Positions 25,992 to 38,800 of a stretch of DNA of 64,000 nucleotides are shown piece after piece; within the stretch, counting starts at the first letter, position 1, and each line of letters starts with the position of its first letter. The notes below the pieces were generated by a model, which ran no database searches, had not been told where the DNA came from, and worked only from the letters and a program-made list of their open reading frames with translations. Both the position numbers and the translations under genes were made by a program. Origin of the DNA: Eutreptiella sp. 'Long Island Sound 2002' (lineage: Eukaryota; Protista; Euglenida); NCBI GenBank assembly GCA_964036045.1, contig OZ038378.1, forward strand, positions 26,040,001 to 26,104,000, in the 5' to 3' direction.

Positions 25992-28900
25992 CTACAAAGG
26001 GGCAGGACATGAGTGTGAGTCGCAAACTTCATCACATGCGTTGCCTCAGAGGGTCCCGCCGCAGCAGTGCCTACTGATCAGGAGAGGAAAGTGGGAGCTG
26101 GCAAATGCTCCGCCGCTGATGTTGACTGGCTCAGTGCTGTGACGTCCCATGCACCAACGGCGTGGGGGAAATTCAGTTTTTTTGGGGGGGGGGGCGGGCA
26201 TTCAAGTTTACATTCCGAACCCCCCCCCCCTCAAAGGGGCTCCCACGACTGAGGCCCTTACCGACCCAGCGACAGGGTCCATCAGGGGGTTCAGGGGGGG
26301 GGGGGGGAGGAGGAGGACCCATGGGCCTCACACCCAACCAGGCTTGAGGTGCATGTCTCAACAGACCTGGACTTCAGCCACTCCTCTCGTCTCCACCTCA
26401 GACGATACTTGTCTGGAATCTGGGGTACATCCCCCCTGTAGGGCATTTCGTAAAACCTAGTATGCGCTGTAGTAAAACCTAGTAAAATGTAGTAAAACCT
26501 AGTAAAATGTAGTAAAACCTAGTTAAAAAATTTTTTTTGAAAAAAAAATTTCAAACAGTTTTTTTCTTTACTAGGTAAAAAAACAAAATTTTGAAAAAAA
26601 AATTTTCCTTACTAAGTCAATTCCCGGCCACTGTTGCCAGTGGCGCCCCACCCAGGCCGAACCATGCATCTTGTGAAGAAGGACTTCATGTATGTTTCGA
26701 AACCCTTTGGAGGAGAGGGGGGGGGTTTGCAAAGGGGGACAAAATCAGAATTGGCTGCCTAACCCCTGCGTTCTGGAGGGCCCACAAGTGGGCGGAAATG
26801 CTACGTCACCCCTTCATTCTCGATGATCCCCAACAAAAGGGACAAAATCAAAGCACAAAAAAAACAAAAAAAACAAAAACGAAAATTTTCCCATGATGTC
26901 TATGACTCAGCCTAGGGCTTTGCAGATTACACCCAATGGGGTCTGAACCCATGACCTTCCACTTGTAAAGGCACTGATTTACCCACTGGGGTATGAGAAA
27001 TTTGGAGGAATTGGATTTTCCCCCATTTCTCCCCATTTCTCCCCATTGTTCCCCATTTTCCCCCATTTTTCCTCCCCTTGTGGTGCCGTTGGCCACCCCC
27101 CCAACCCCAACCTGTCAGACAAAAATGGTTTTTTGGGGGGTTTTCACACCATGTTTCCCCCATTTACCCACATAAATCACAAAAAATCTCACCCCAACGC
27201 CCATTTCCCCCCATTTTCCCCCATTTTCCCGCATGTTTCCCCATTTTTCCTCGGGAGCTTTCGCCAATGCACCCCCCCCCCCCCCACAGCCTTGTTGCCA
27301 ACCGAACCCTTGATTTTTGGCCTTTTCAGCCCCAAAATTTCCCATTTTTCCACCAAACAATCTAAATTCCCCTCGTTTATCCCCATTTCCCCCCATTTTT
27401 CCTACTTTGGCCCATTTCCCAGATAGTGTTCCGCTAAATGTACCCAAAGTGGGTACTTCTAAGCTCTGCCATGGTGAGTCCGCCGTAAAAAGCTAGGGAC
27501 AAGGGTCTTGAAGCCTGGTAAGGGGGTGTGTTGAATTGATATGCGATGGAATGTCTGTTGTTTGTACCCCTATTGGATGTGAGCTGTCCAATTTTGGGAG
27601 GTTTGATTTAAAACGTGTCCCGGTGTCCAAGGCTTTGGCACCCGCAGACACAAAGAACCCCACCCCCACTGCCCATGCAAGATAGTACCATTAGACTTAA
27701 CCATCCCATTTTACCCTTAATTGACCTTTGTTTGTTCTCAAGAATAGATCGGAAATTGCTATCTCAAACCTAGGCTATTTCACCTGCCTCCCCCTCTTTT
27801 CATTATGGCATTGGCAGCTGTCCTGGACGCACTATCCACAATGTCTGGGACCACGTCTAAAAAAACGCCTCAGTAGTGAGAACATAGGTGCCGCGGGTTT
27901 TCAAATGAAGTAAGTAACCAACGCTTGGCAACACCCAAAGGATGTCCCCCACCAACCTGTGTTTCTCATACGCCGGTCGGTGCTCCACCAAAGCTTCAAT
28001 ATAAGATTTCAAGTTTGTGAAAGTAGGATTGTGTCATGGCACAAAACTGCACCAAAACTTGTCAGTGCTCCACCAAAGCTTCAATATAAGATTTCAAGCT
28101 TGTGAAAGTAGGATTGTGTCACGGCAGAAAACTGCACCAAAACTTGTCAACACATGTCCCCAAGCGTTGTTGGACCATGAGGAGGACCAAGCCGTGTACG
28201 ATTCCACGACAAAAGAGTGGTCTAACGCAATAGGAATATACACGGGATAAATCCTGTAAGATCCGGTATCCCGGCACACAATAGCAAAAGCCCCGGCACA
28301 ACAATGGTTTGGGATCCATGAAGCATGAGTGGTGACAAATGTCGCGTTGTCTAACACATGCTAAACATTATGAATGACTAGCTGCGGGCATTGTTGGAGC
28401 CCATCGCAGGCAAGAAGAGACCGGCCAAACCGAAGAATGCAATGGCCCACCAGCTTGAGCGGCTTGCTAAAGGGTGTAATATCTCCGGTCCATCAAAGGA
28501 TGCACCTGTTGCGCTTGCTAGTCATGGCGTGCTCTAGCCATGACATGGGGTCGCACCATCGCTAGGTCCACGTCCAGGAGGTAAACTGTGACCCCTAAGA
28601 AGTGTAAATAGGCTAGAGACATATCATGACCGGTGTTGTGGCAACAACATAAGAACTTCAGCACTTGTTGGTAGCAAGGCATGTGGGGACCCACGCGCCA
28701 GTGCACAGTAAAAAGGCCATGCAACGTCGAAGCACTCACCGCAGCACTCACCGCAGGGTTGCCATGTTGCAGCTGGCGTGAATAGGTGGGTGTGAAAGAA
28801 CTCGGAAATGCTAGAAACCACTGCAGGGGTGAACCTTGCCAAAACAGCATCTATTGGCTGCATGAAGAGGGCGGAGACAAAATTATGCCACCAGGTAACC

Positions 28901-31900
28901 CTACAGATTGCACAAGCAGCCACATGATCGCAAACACGCATAGCTGATAAAGTTTGCTAGCGGTGTTGACCACCAGCGGAGCCTGTGTAGATGTGTAAAG
29001 GGAATCTAGCTGACAATTCAATCATGTATGGAACCCAAGCCGCCCGCCACGACTTAGAGAAGAGCTTAAAATTCTATTGCCTTTGGCAGTGCACCTCGAA
29101 GAGAGGCTGTCAGTCAGTTAGACAGGCCAGCAGTCAGTCAGACAGAAACACACACTTTGGGTTTTTTGTCAGTGGCAGACACGTGTCCAAGGAGTGGGGA
29201 GAACAACTGGGCGCAGAGTTGGCAGTGGCCGAATGGTAATGCAGGCGGCCGCAGACATTTTGGTGGGCGGTTCAAACCCTGGTGAGGCCAATACGGCAGC
29301 GGCGCCGCCGCCGGCGTCCACCAACCGGGATTCGAACCGCCGACCAAAAAATCTGCGGCTTGGTGTGTTACCATTCGACCGGGGGTGGATGTGACACAAC
29401 TGTGTCTCCCATTGCTTGGAGCCTTCTCAGCGAAAACTTTTGACCCCCCCCCCCACCACACACACCCCCACCCCCCCCTCAAAAAACTGTTATCCAGTTT
29501 TAGGGGATAGAGGCCTCAAAATCAAAAAATCCATTGGGGGATGGTCTTATTGGGCAAAATAATGATTTTACAAGGGGTTGGACATCAAATATCATGCCTT
29601 GGGGTATGCTACGCGAATGACCCCAAAAAAGGGGGGGTATACGACGCCCGCGCCTGCGCTTGATCTAACAACCTCTCTTCGGGGTGATTTATCCATGAGG
29701 TGATGAACATGTGGCAATGTGCATGCCCAAAACCCTAACATACCTTCGACTAGCTTGCATCTACCGGAGTGTTACCCAAGAGAAGTAGCAGTCATTGTAA
29801 GTGTACCTCATGAAGTATCGTGTAGGCAACCACCACAAGCTATTTATGGCCAGATGAAACTAGGTTAAACACTGAACTTGCCTTAAAAAGATTGATCACA
29901 CAACGGTGCAAAGACTCAACTGAGTCTAAACATCAAATGGTATAATCCATGTATCCTAATCAACTAAGGGAGCCACAAGGAATGAATAGACCATTGCCCA
30001 TGTAGAGCACCGTGGAGCGACTCCCGCCAACAGGCCCACCTCCCATATGGACAGCAGAGGATACTGCCATGGCCACGAGAAGCTCAACCACAAAGACATG
30101 GAACCCCGCTCCCGTCAAGATGTCATGAAGGATTTGATGGACGACAAACCTGTACACATGGTGGATATCATCCACCACTATCACCGCTGGTTTCCCCTTA
30201 GCCCATTGGAAAAGGATATGATCATGCAAAACCTCAAGCAAATTGACCGCAAACAATTTTTTTTATGGGCAAATGGTGTGGGGGGGGTATGATGCCATGT
30301 CACACAACATCGACAAGTAATGATGGACTAGAATCATGGCAATTAATTGCCATACCGTAGTCCGATTTAAAAGTGGTCAGGCGTTGGAAACCGGTCTGTG
30401 AGGTAGTTTGTTGGGAGGGGCATAAAAATTGCTTGTAGCAATTCTGGAACTGCCTTTTCCTCTAAAATTTCACCGACAAAGCCAACATCACGAAAAAGGA
30501 GGAATTTGCGACAACCCGACAATAGGTCCCGTGCCAAGCTCAAAGTCAGCACCGGGAGGGGGAAAGACCAACCAACACCAGCCCAGTGTACCACATGTTG
30601 TAGTTCACTCCTAGTTAGTTGAACAACGGGTGAAAGATGTTGCCGCCGAAACACATTTAGTGCTACCACCGCATGTAATGCTGTAGGTACTTCATAACCA
30701 ACCACAATTGTGGGAGAAACATGTGCTGTGCAAGGATGATGCAGCAGGCGTCGATGTCGGTAGTCCTTCTTTCCCGGAACAACTAAAAACACCTTAGAGG
30801 AAACCTGTGGCACCATATCTAATGTGGGCTCCAAAGCTGCTTGAGTAATGGACAAAAGTAGGTGTATGCAGGATCCACCCGAACCCACCTTAAGCCATAC
30901 TAGTAAGCTACTAAGGTGCCCTTGCACATTGCCACCAAGTCCCTGTCCCAGAACCGGTGTAGCATGTACCCCATTTGTGGTCTGAACTGCTTTGTGGCCA
31001 TGCGTTACAGCAGCTGAGTCACAAAGGAGGGCTCAGACAAAGGCTAGTTTTCCCAGGGCCTGTCACACCACCCTAGACTAAAACGGGAAATTGGGGCAAG
31101 ATCCTGCCAGTTTGGGATGATGTTCCACACCATCACTGCACCGCTGACCTGGATCACAAAGGGTCACAGGGTGTGGGCCACCTTGTCGCATTCTCAATGC
31201 AATTAAAATCCATCACTCTACAATGCACCATGCCTCCCATGTTGTTGTACAGACCTCCCACAACACTTCGGGTGACTGTTGCAGTGGTGCTGAACTATGG
31301 CCCAGATTTTTTCATATTTTGTTTGCTTACGGGTGGCTCAGGGGGGGGGGGGGGTGAAAACGCCCACTAAGCCCTGGGGGTGGAAAATTTTACGGGTGGG
31401 GAAAATTTTTAGGGGAGGAATAAAAAAATGGGGGGGTGTAAGGGGGACTTTTTGTCCTATAATTTGCACAACATCAGTGCAATCTGGGGTAGCTGGGGGG
31501 ATAATCCCTCGAGATGCCAGGCGGCGTGGGGTTGAGGGGTCCATAGGAGATCCTGCACATCCCCCTTACCTGGTAGCGGCCATACATTGCACAAGCGTGT
31601 CACCTTTATCTGAGGGCTGGGGAGGAGGATCAGGGCTTGGGGTCACGGCCCAACTGACGTTGTTCAGGTGAGCATCCAGCATGTCAGCAGGGCACCTGTC
31701 AAGAATTGCGCGGGAATAAACAGGGCGGTGATGAGCGTTAGCAGGTACATGGTACGATTCATTGCATCCTGCTGCATGTATGAGTAATCATCCTTGAGGG
31801 ATCGTGAGGAGGCCTGGGCACAGTGGAACAAGGGGGAGGGCAGGGCACAGTCAGACTGTGTTGTGAAGGAGAGTGGGCTGTCACTGAGACAGAAAATTGG

Positions 31901-34900
31901 CAAGGGGAGCAGGAAAGGGGGTGTGTGAACAGGTTGCGATCAGGGTAAGAGAGTTGTTTGCAGTATGGGCAAGGGGGGCGAGAAGATCCAGAGCAGGTAG
32001 GCGGGGGATAGGATGCCCTTTGCAGGGAATTTGCTGGGACCACTGAAGCGGTGCTAGACCGGTGCTCTCCAACTGGTTTGTGTACCATGGCTCGCCTATG
32101 AAGACCATGCAAATGGGCCATGGAGGGTGCAAAAACGGACCCCATCACAAAGTAGGCACAATCTGTGCGCCAACGGGCAGCGGCAAAACAACGGCTGTGG
32201 TTTGGTACAGCCAGGATTTTTTTTCAAAAAACGCCAAACACTCACTTAACGCCAGGACGGAAACGATAGAACATAAAACAAAAGGCTGGAAAAAAAGGTG
32301 AGGACCCTGCCGTCCAGAAAAAATATGGGGGGGCAAGACTATTGGCAGATGGGACACGGTACACACAGTGCGTTGCCTCCGACATGGGAGGCGAATTTTT
32401 CGTAGCTAGTTGGGGCAATTGACCCCCCCCCACCCCTCCCTTTTCCCTAATTTTTACCCCAATTTTTTCCATTTTTGAAAATCATGCAGAAGAGGCCATA
32501 GAATCTTGTAGCCGTTTGCTACAGGGTCCAAGCAATTTCTGCATCAAAAATTCCTTCCTTTCATTTTTCAAGACACAGTCTTTGATATATCATTGTGTAC
32601 ATGTACTTCAATGTGCCACCAGTCAAATATTTGTCAAAAACGATTTTTTCACCATTTTTAATCGCAAAAGAAGGGGTCCTGAATGCTGCTAGTTGGATCA
32701 AAAAGCTACAAAAGAGGGCCACAAACTCCAACAAGAAAAACCCCAATGCTTTGTCCCAACTGGGCTATATACACCTGCAGCGACGCCACGTAATCAAGAA
32801 TAGTCAAAATGTGATCACGCAAATCATTGTAGTGCCACTGCAGCTCCGTCATATTCCGTTGCCTTGCGTGCTCTGTGAGTGAGGCTACAGTGGATGCCAG
32901 CGGCCGCAGTACAAACAAAAGGTTGTTCATCTCTTGCAAAGTAGTTTGAATGACACGGAAAATGGTAGCGTACTGTTGTTGCGCAATGTTGGGACCGCCG
33001 GTCTTCGGCCGCTCGGTGCAGAGCAGATCACGCACCTTGTCCAGCTGCATTCTGAGAGAGGAGAGAAGCGATGCATATGTGTATGCTGCAGTCATGATCT
33101 GCGATCATACAAAAAACACACAGACACGCAGAATGCACTGCTCCAGTGCATGCTTCCACTAATTTGCACAAAGTACATTCATGGACTGGTTTGAGGATAA
33201 ATTGCAATTTGGAATCATTTGCCATTTCTCCGGTCCTGCAGGGATTTCATATTGCTGTGGGCAGAAGGAGTTGGGGGGTTCAGATTGATTCCCTACTGAT
33301 TGCCTCCTTCGATTGCGTTTTGGTATTCTGTTATTCAGTCCAGCAGCATTTATGCTGCCCATTGCCACCGTGCGTCAGTCCGAATATGTTTTTCATCCAT
33401 TATTGAGTTCTCCAGAAAAATCCGAGTGTTTTGAGTATAGACACATGGGGTGAAAAACCATTTTTTCACCCTCTGCTGCATCAAGCAAATTTTCCTGATA
33501 GCTCCTTTGGCGCCGCCGGTCCGGCACTTCCCAGCCAATTTCCAAGAGGGAGGAAGGGGGGGGGGGGGGTGTCGGCGTAAAGGGTCCGGGCCCGGCGTCC
33601 CGGGCCTGGCCCACTCTCCACCTTCGTGCGGAGGGTGGTCAGGACAAACATTACGAAGATTGTTGCAAAATCTGTTTCTGTCTACAACTGTTTCAGTGGT
33701 AACAATGTCCAAAAAAAATTGAATTTTTTAGATTACATTCTACCTATGTACAATGTATGATCAGCTCAGGCATGACACCGTTCCATGGGCTGCATTCTAC
33801 TATACATTGGATTCACCCCCTTGAGTTGTGAGAAGATCGGGGCGTTGTTGAGGGCTGTGGTCGGTTACTGAAGGTTTTGAAGCCTTCTGGAGGGTCGTCA
33901 ACGGATGTTTAATGTTGTCTCAGGCTGTTCAGGGTTGCTAATGATTGTCGTAGGGTTTACCAGGCTTTTGCCCTGAAGCACCTTCAACAAGGCACCAGTG
34001 GCCGCTGCCCCCCCACGAGAGTATTCTGGTGCGGCAGTACTGACGGATAGTCCCTTGGGATCAAGCTGCAGCCAAAGCTTTGTGCCATTCTGATGAAATT
34101 GGGTTTGTGTGGGTGAAGATCAGTATTGTGAGTTTGGGTTATTGTGAAGGGAGACCAGGCACAGATTCAGGCCGCAGCTTCGAACCAGCCGTGGTGTTGT
34201 AGCTGCATTCCTTAAAACTTGACGGTGTTCCACCAGTGTTCCTCTCTGGCATTGTTGTTGAGGTTGTGAAGGGGCAAGGGCATTAAGGGTTGGCCAGGGT
34301 GGTCCATTGTTCAGCGTTGCTCAGCATGTGGAGTGATGAGGATCGTTGGAGGGTCGTTGAGGGGTGTGGAGTGTCTGTTAGATCTACACTTTCTGCGTCT
34401 CGCAGCAGCTACTGCAAGAATATGGCTTGCGCTGCGGCGTAAACGTGGCCCATTGCTGTGAGCCCCGGTAGGTCACCAGCTCACCAGCCTGCAACACCTT
34501 CCAGAGTACCCGACGTTTGTCAGCTTGTTCCCAAATCAGCCTCAGCCTTGGCTCTCAGTTTTGTCTCTCGTCGCCAACGCCATCAACAGCCGAGCAGTGT
34601 CACCGACCTCACCACGGCGGACAGATACACCGCAGCACACAACTCTTTTGCAGGTATTGAAAGAATCTGAAGCATGTTGGAAGGGTACACAGGATCAATG
34701 TTGCTGAGGTCCAAGGCTGTTCAGGGTTGCTAGTGATTGTTGAGGGGCTTGCCCTTGGCAACCGTTGAAAAGGCTTTTGCCCTCAAGCACCTTCAACAAT
34801 GCAACACTCTGTAACCCCTCGACAACCCTGTCCAAGGCGGGAGAAAGAACACCATGACGTCCCTGACACAAAGGCCGAACCATAAACCCAAGTCAAGGGG

Positions 34901-35850
34901 ACCCAGAACCACAACCATAACCGTGAGCCTGGACATACTACCTGAACCGGTTCATCATGGGGTATAAGCGATCGACCTCCTTGTCGATGATCATGTGCAA
35001 CAGCCAGTGTGCATCCGTAGTGCGAAGTTTGGTTCCTGGGGTGGCAATATTGGACTTGCAGATTTCCACAGTCTTGGAGGGGCTGTTGAAGAAACTCAGC
35101 AGCGTGTTGTCCTGACAGGGCAAGCGAAAAAGGGTGGGGCACCAAACCTACGGAGCCTGAACCCGGGACGTAATGACTGGAGATGAACACAAATTGCAGC
35201 CTTGGCCCAGAGGCATCTAGAGGCCATTTTTTTTGAAGAAATGGATGGCATACAGCTCCCTTGTGGCAGAGTCGACGCACACAGGGCCACAACAGACCAG
35301 CCGAGTGCAGATAGAAGACGATTGGAAGGGATCACGGGGGGGATGTCTCCTCGCTTTTATACGCGACCCCCCCCCCAGTAGAAGTGGGCCGAAGGCCCCC
35401 AAGAGGGGGGGGGGGGGGGGGTTCAGGGAGGGGCGACGGGGGGGGGGGGGCGGTTGGGAGGGTCGGTTGGGGGGGGGGGTCCAGGTGGGGCGATTTGGGG
35501 TGGTGAGGGGGGGGCGGGGGGGGGGGGGGGCAGGCTCCCCTTACCTCCCCTTGCCCTCAATCTAACCATACCATCACCATAAACCTAACCCTAACCTTTG
35601 CAGCCAGTTGGTTTGGCCATGCCAGCCATGTCAATTGGGCTGCACAAGATCCCCGAAATTTCGTTCATGGCTGCTTTTGCCACATCATTGCTCTCCATTG
35701 TGGACCCCAACACTCATTCTAACCCGAGCCTAGGGTGAGAGCTAGAGCTAGGGGCAGGGCTAGGGTTAGGGTCACCGAGCTGGTGGAACCAGTCTTGGTT
35801 TTATAACCCTTTTTAGTGTCTAGGGTGGACCTACCAGGTTTAGCAGCAGC

Positions 35851-35881
<31 letters not shown>

Positions 35882-38800
35882 CGCGCGAAATGGGCAGAAA
35901 TCAGAACTCCGTCGTGGTGCTTTGGATTTGGGTGAAATTTTGGTGCATGATACCTATGGGTGTGAAGTACAATCACACAAAGTTTCAGCGAGAAACTCAA
36001 CGGTGGCGGCCGGGAACGGGATTCGCAAGTGGCGGACCTCAATTTCAAAAACTGCAGTTTAGGGCCAAAAACAGCCATTTTTGGGCCAAAAAGACCCTAG
36101 AACACATTCAAAACGGCCAAACGAAGGGAAACAGTGGGTACACTCCACGTGCGGCTTGACTTCCCCATGTCAACGAGCTCTTTGCGCCCCTCTGACTCCA
36201 TGATATGTCCCGGAAACGGCCCAAAAAGGCCCCCAAAAGCTCCAAATGCCGACAGCCACAAACCAAGAATAGGCCATATCTTTGGCTACATGGCTCAAAA
36301 TGCGATTCCGAGGGCACCTACTCCACCCGCAACCCCCCACTTTTTGTGGTTTCCAGCCCTCAGAATTGCCCAAATGGACGCCTAGACCCCAATACCTAGG
36401 CCCACTAGGCTGCGGCAAGCTGCAAGCTCAAGCCCAAACAGGTGGGTGCCCAAATGGGTCAACAGGGTCCAGTAGGGGCAAAAAGATGACTTTTCTCAAA
36501 AATGATCCTAGACCATGTGCGACGCTAAAACAAGTGTTTTTGGACCGTTTTGAGCTTGTGGTGGCCCATTTTGGTCCTCCGAAAATCCTCAAATGCCTTG
36601 AAAATGGGCTGTTTTGGGACCAAAAATGGGTCAAAAATGCATTTTTCCAAACCTCATCCTAGACCATTTGGGGTGCACAAACGGGTAAAATGAGCCCATT
36701 TTGAGCCCATTTTGGGGCATTTTGGCCCCTCAGAAGTCCAAAAAGCCTTGAAAGTGGGCCTCGTGGTGATGGGGTTCACTTGCAAGCTGATTCCACTTTG
36801 TCAAGAGCCATCAATGTGTGAATCATTCTTGATGTCCCTCACCAGTCATAGTTGATGTTCCCTCCCCCACCAGCTCGGTCCCAATATTAAGTCTTGATTA
36901 GGGCAAGGGTTAGGGTTAGGGTCACCGAGCTGGTGGAACCAGTCTTGGTTTTGTAACCCTTTTTAGTGTCTAGGGTGGACCTACTAGGTTTACCAGCAGC
37001 AAGCAGCAAGCAGCAGCACGCGCGAAATGGGTAAAAATCATAACTCCGTCGTGGTGCTTCGGATTCGGGTGAAATTTTGGTGGATGATACCTATGGGTGT
37101 GAAGTACAATCACACAAAGTTTCAGCAAGAAACTCAACGGTGGCGGCCGGGAACGGGATTCGCAAGTGGCGGACCTCAATTTCAAAAACTGCAGTTCAGG
37201 GCCAAAAACAGCCATTTTTGGGCCAAAAAGACCCTAGAACACATTCAAAACGGCCAAACGAAGGGAAACAGTGGGTACACTCCACGTGTGGCTTGACTTC
37301 CCCGTGTCAACGAGCTCTTTGCGGCCCTCTAACTCCATGATATGTCCCGGAAACGGCCCAAAAAGGCCCCCAGAAGCTCCAAATGCCGACAGCCACAAAC
37401 CAAGAATAGGCCATATCTTTGGCTACATGGCTCAAAATGCGATTCCGAGGGCACCTACTCCACCCGCAACCCCCCACTTTTTGTGGTTTCCAGCCCTCAG
37501 AGTTGCCCAAACGGACGCCTAGACCCCAATACCTAGGCCCACTAGGCTGCGGCAAGCTGCAAGCTCAAGCCCAAACAGGTGGGTGCCCAAATGGGTCAAC
37601 AGGGTCCAGTAGGGGCAAAAAGATGACTTTTCTCAAAAATGATCCTAGACCATGTGCGACGCTAAAACAAGTGTTTTTGGAGCTTGTGGTGGCCCATTTT
37701 GGTCCTCCGAAAATCCTCAAATGCCTTGAAAATGGGCTGTTTTGGGACCAAAAATGGGTCAAAAATGCATTTTTCCAAACCTCATCCTAGACCATTTGGG
37801 GTGCACAAACGGGTAAAATGAGCCCATTTTGAGCCCATTTTGGGGCATTTTGGCCCCTCAGAAGTCCAAAAAGCCTTGAAAGTGGGCCTCGTGGTGATGG
37901 GGTTCACTTGCAAGCTGATTCCACTTTGTCAAGAGCCATCAATGTGTGAATCATTCTTGATGTCCCTCACCAGTCATAGTTGATGTTCCCTCCCCCACCA
38001 GCTCGGTCCCAATATTAAGTCTTGATTAGGGCAAGGGTTAGGGTTAGGGTCACCGAGCTGGTGGAACCAGTCTTGGTTTTATAACCCTTTTTAGTGTCTA
38101 GGGTGGACCTACTAGGTTTACCAGCAGCAAGCAGCAAGCAGCAGCACGCGCGAAATGGGCAGAAATCATAACTCCGTCGTGGGGCTTCAGATTCGGGTGA
38201 AATTTTGGTGGATGATACCTATGGGTGTGAAGTACAATCACACAAAGTTTCAGCGAGAAACTCAACGGTGGCGGCCGGGAACGGGATTCGCAAGTGGCGG
38301 ACCTCAATTTCAAAAACTGCAGTTCAGGGCCAAAAACAGCCATTTTTGGGCCAAAAAAGCCCTAGAACACATTCAAAACGGCCAAACGAAGGGAAACAGT
38401 GGGTACACTCCACGTGCGGCTTGACTTCCCCGTGTCAACGAGCTCTTTGCGGCCCTCTAACTCCATGATATGTCCCGGAAACGGCCCAAAAAGGCCCCCA
38501 GAAGCTCCAAATGCCGACAGCCACAAACCAAGAATAGGCCATATCTTTGGCTACATGGCTCAAAATGCGATTCCGAGGGCACCTACTCCACCCGCAACCC
38601 CCCACTTTTTGTGGTTTCCAGCCCTCAGAATTGCCCAAATGGACGCCTAGACCCCAATACCTAGGCCCACTAGGCTGCGGCAAGCTGCAAGCTCAAGCCC
38701 AAACAGGTGGGTGCCCAAATGGGTCAACAGGGTCCAGTAGGGGCAAAAAGATGACTCTTCTCAAAAATGATCCTAGACCATGTGCGACGCTAAAACAAGT

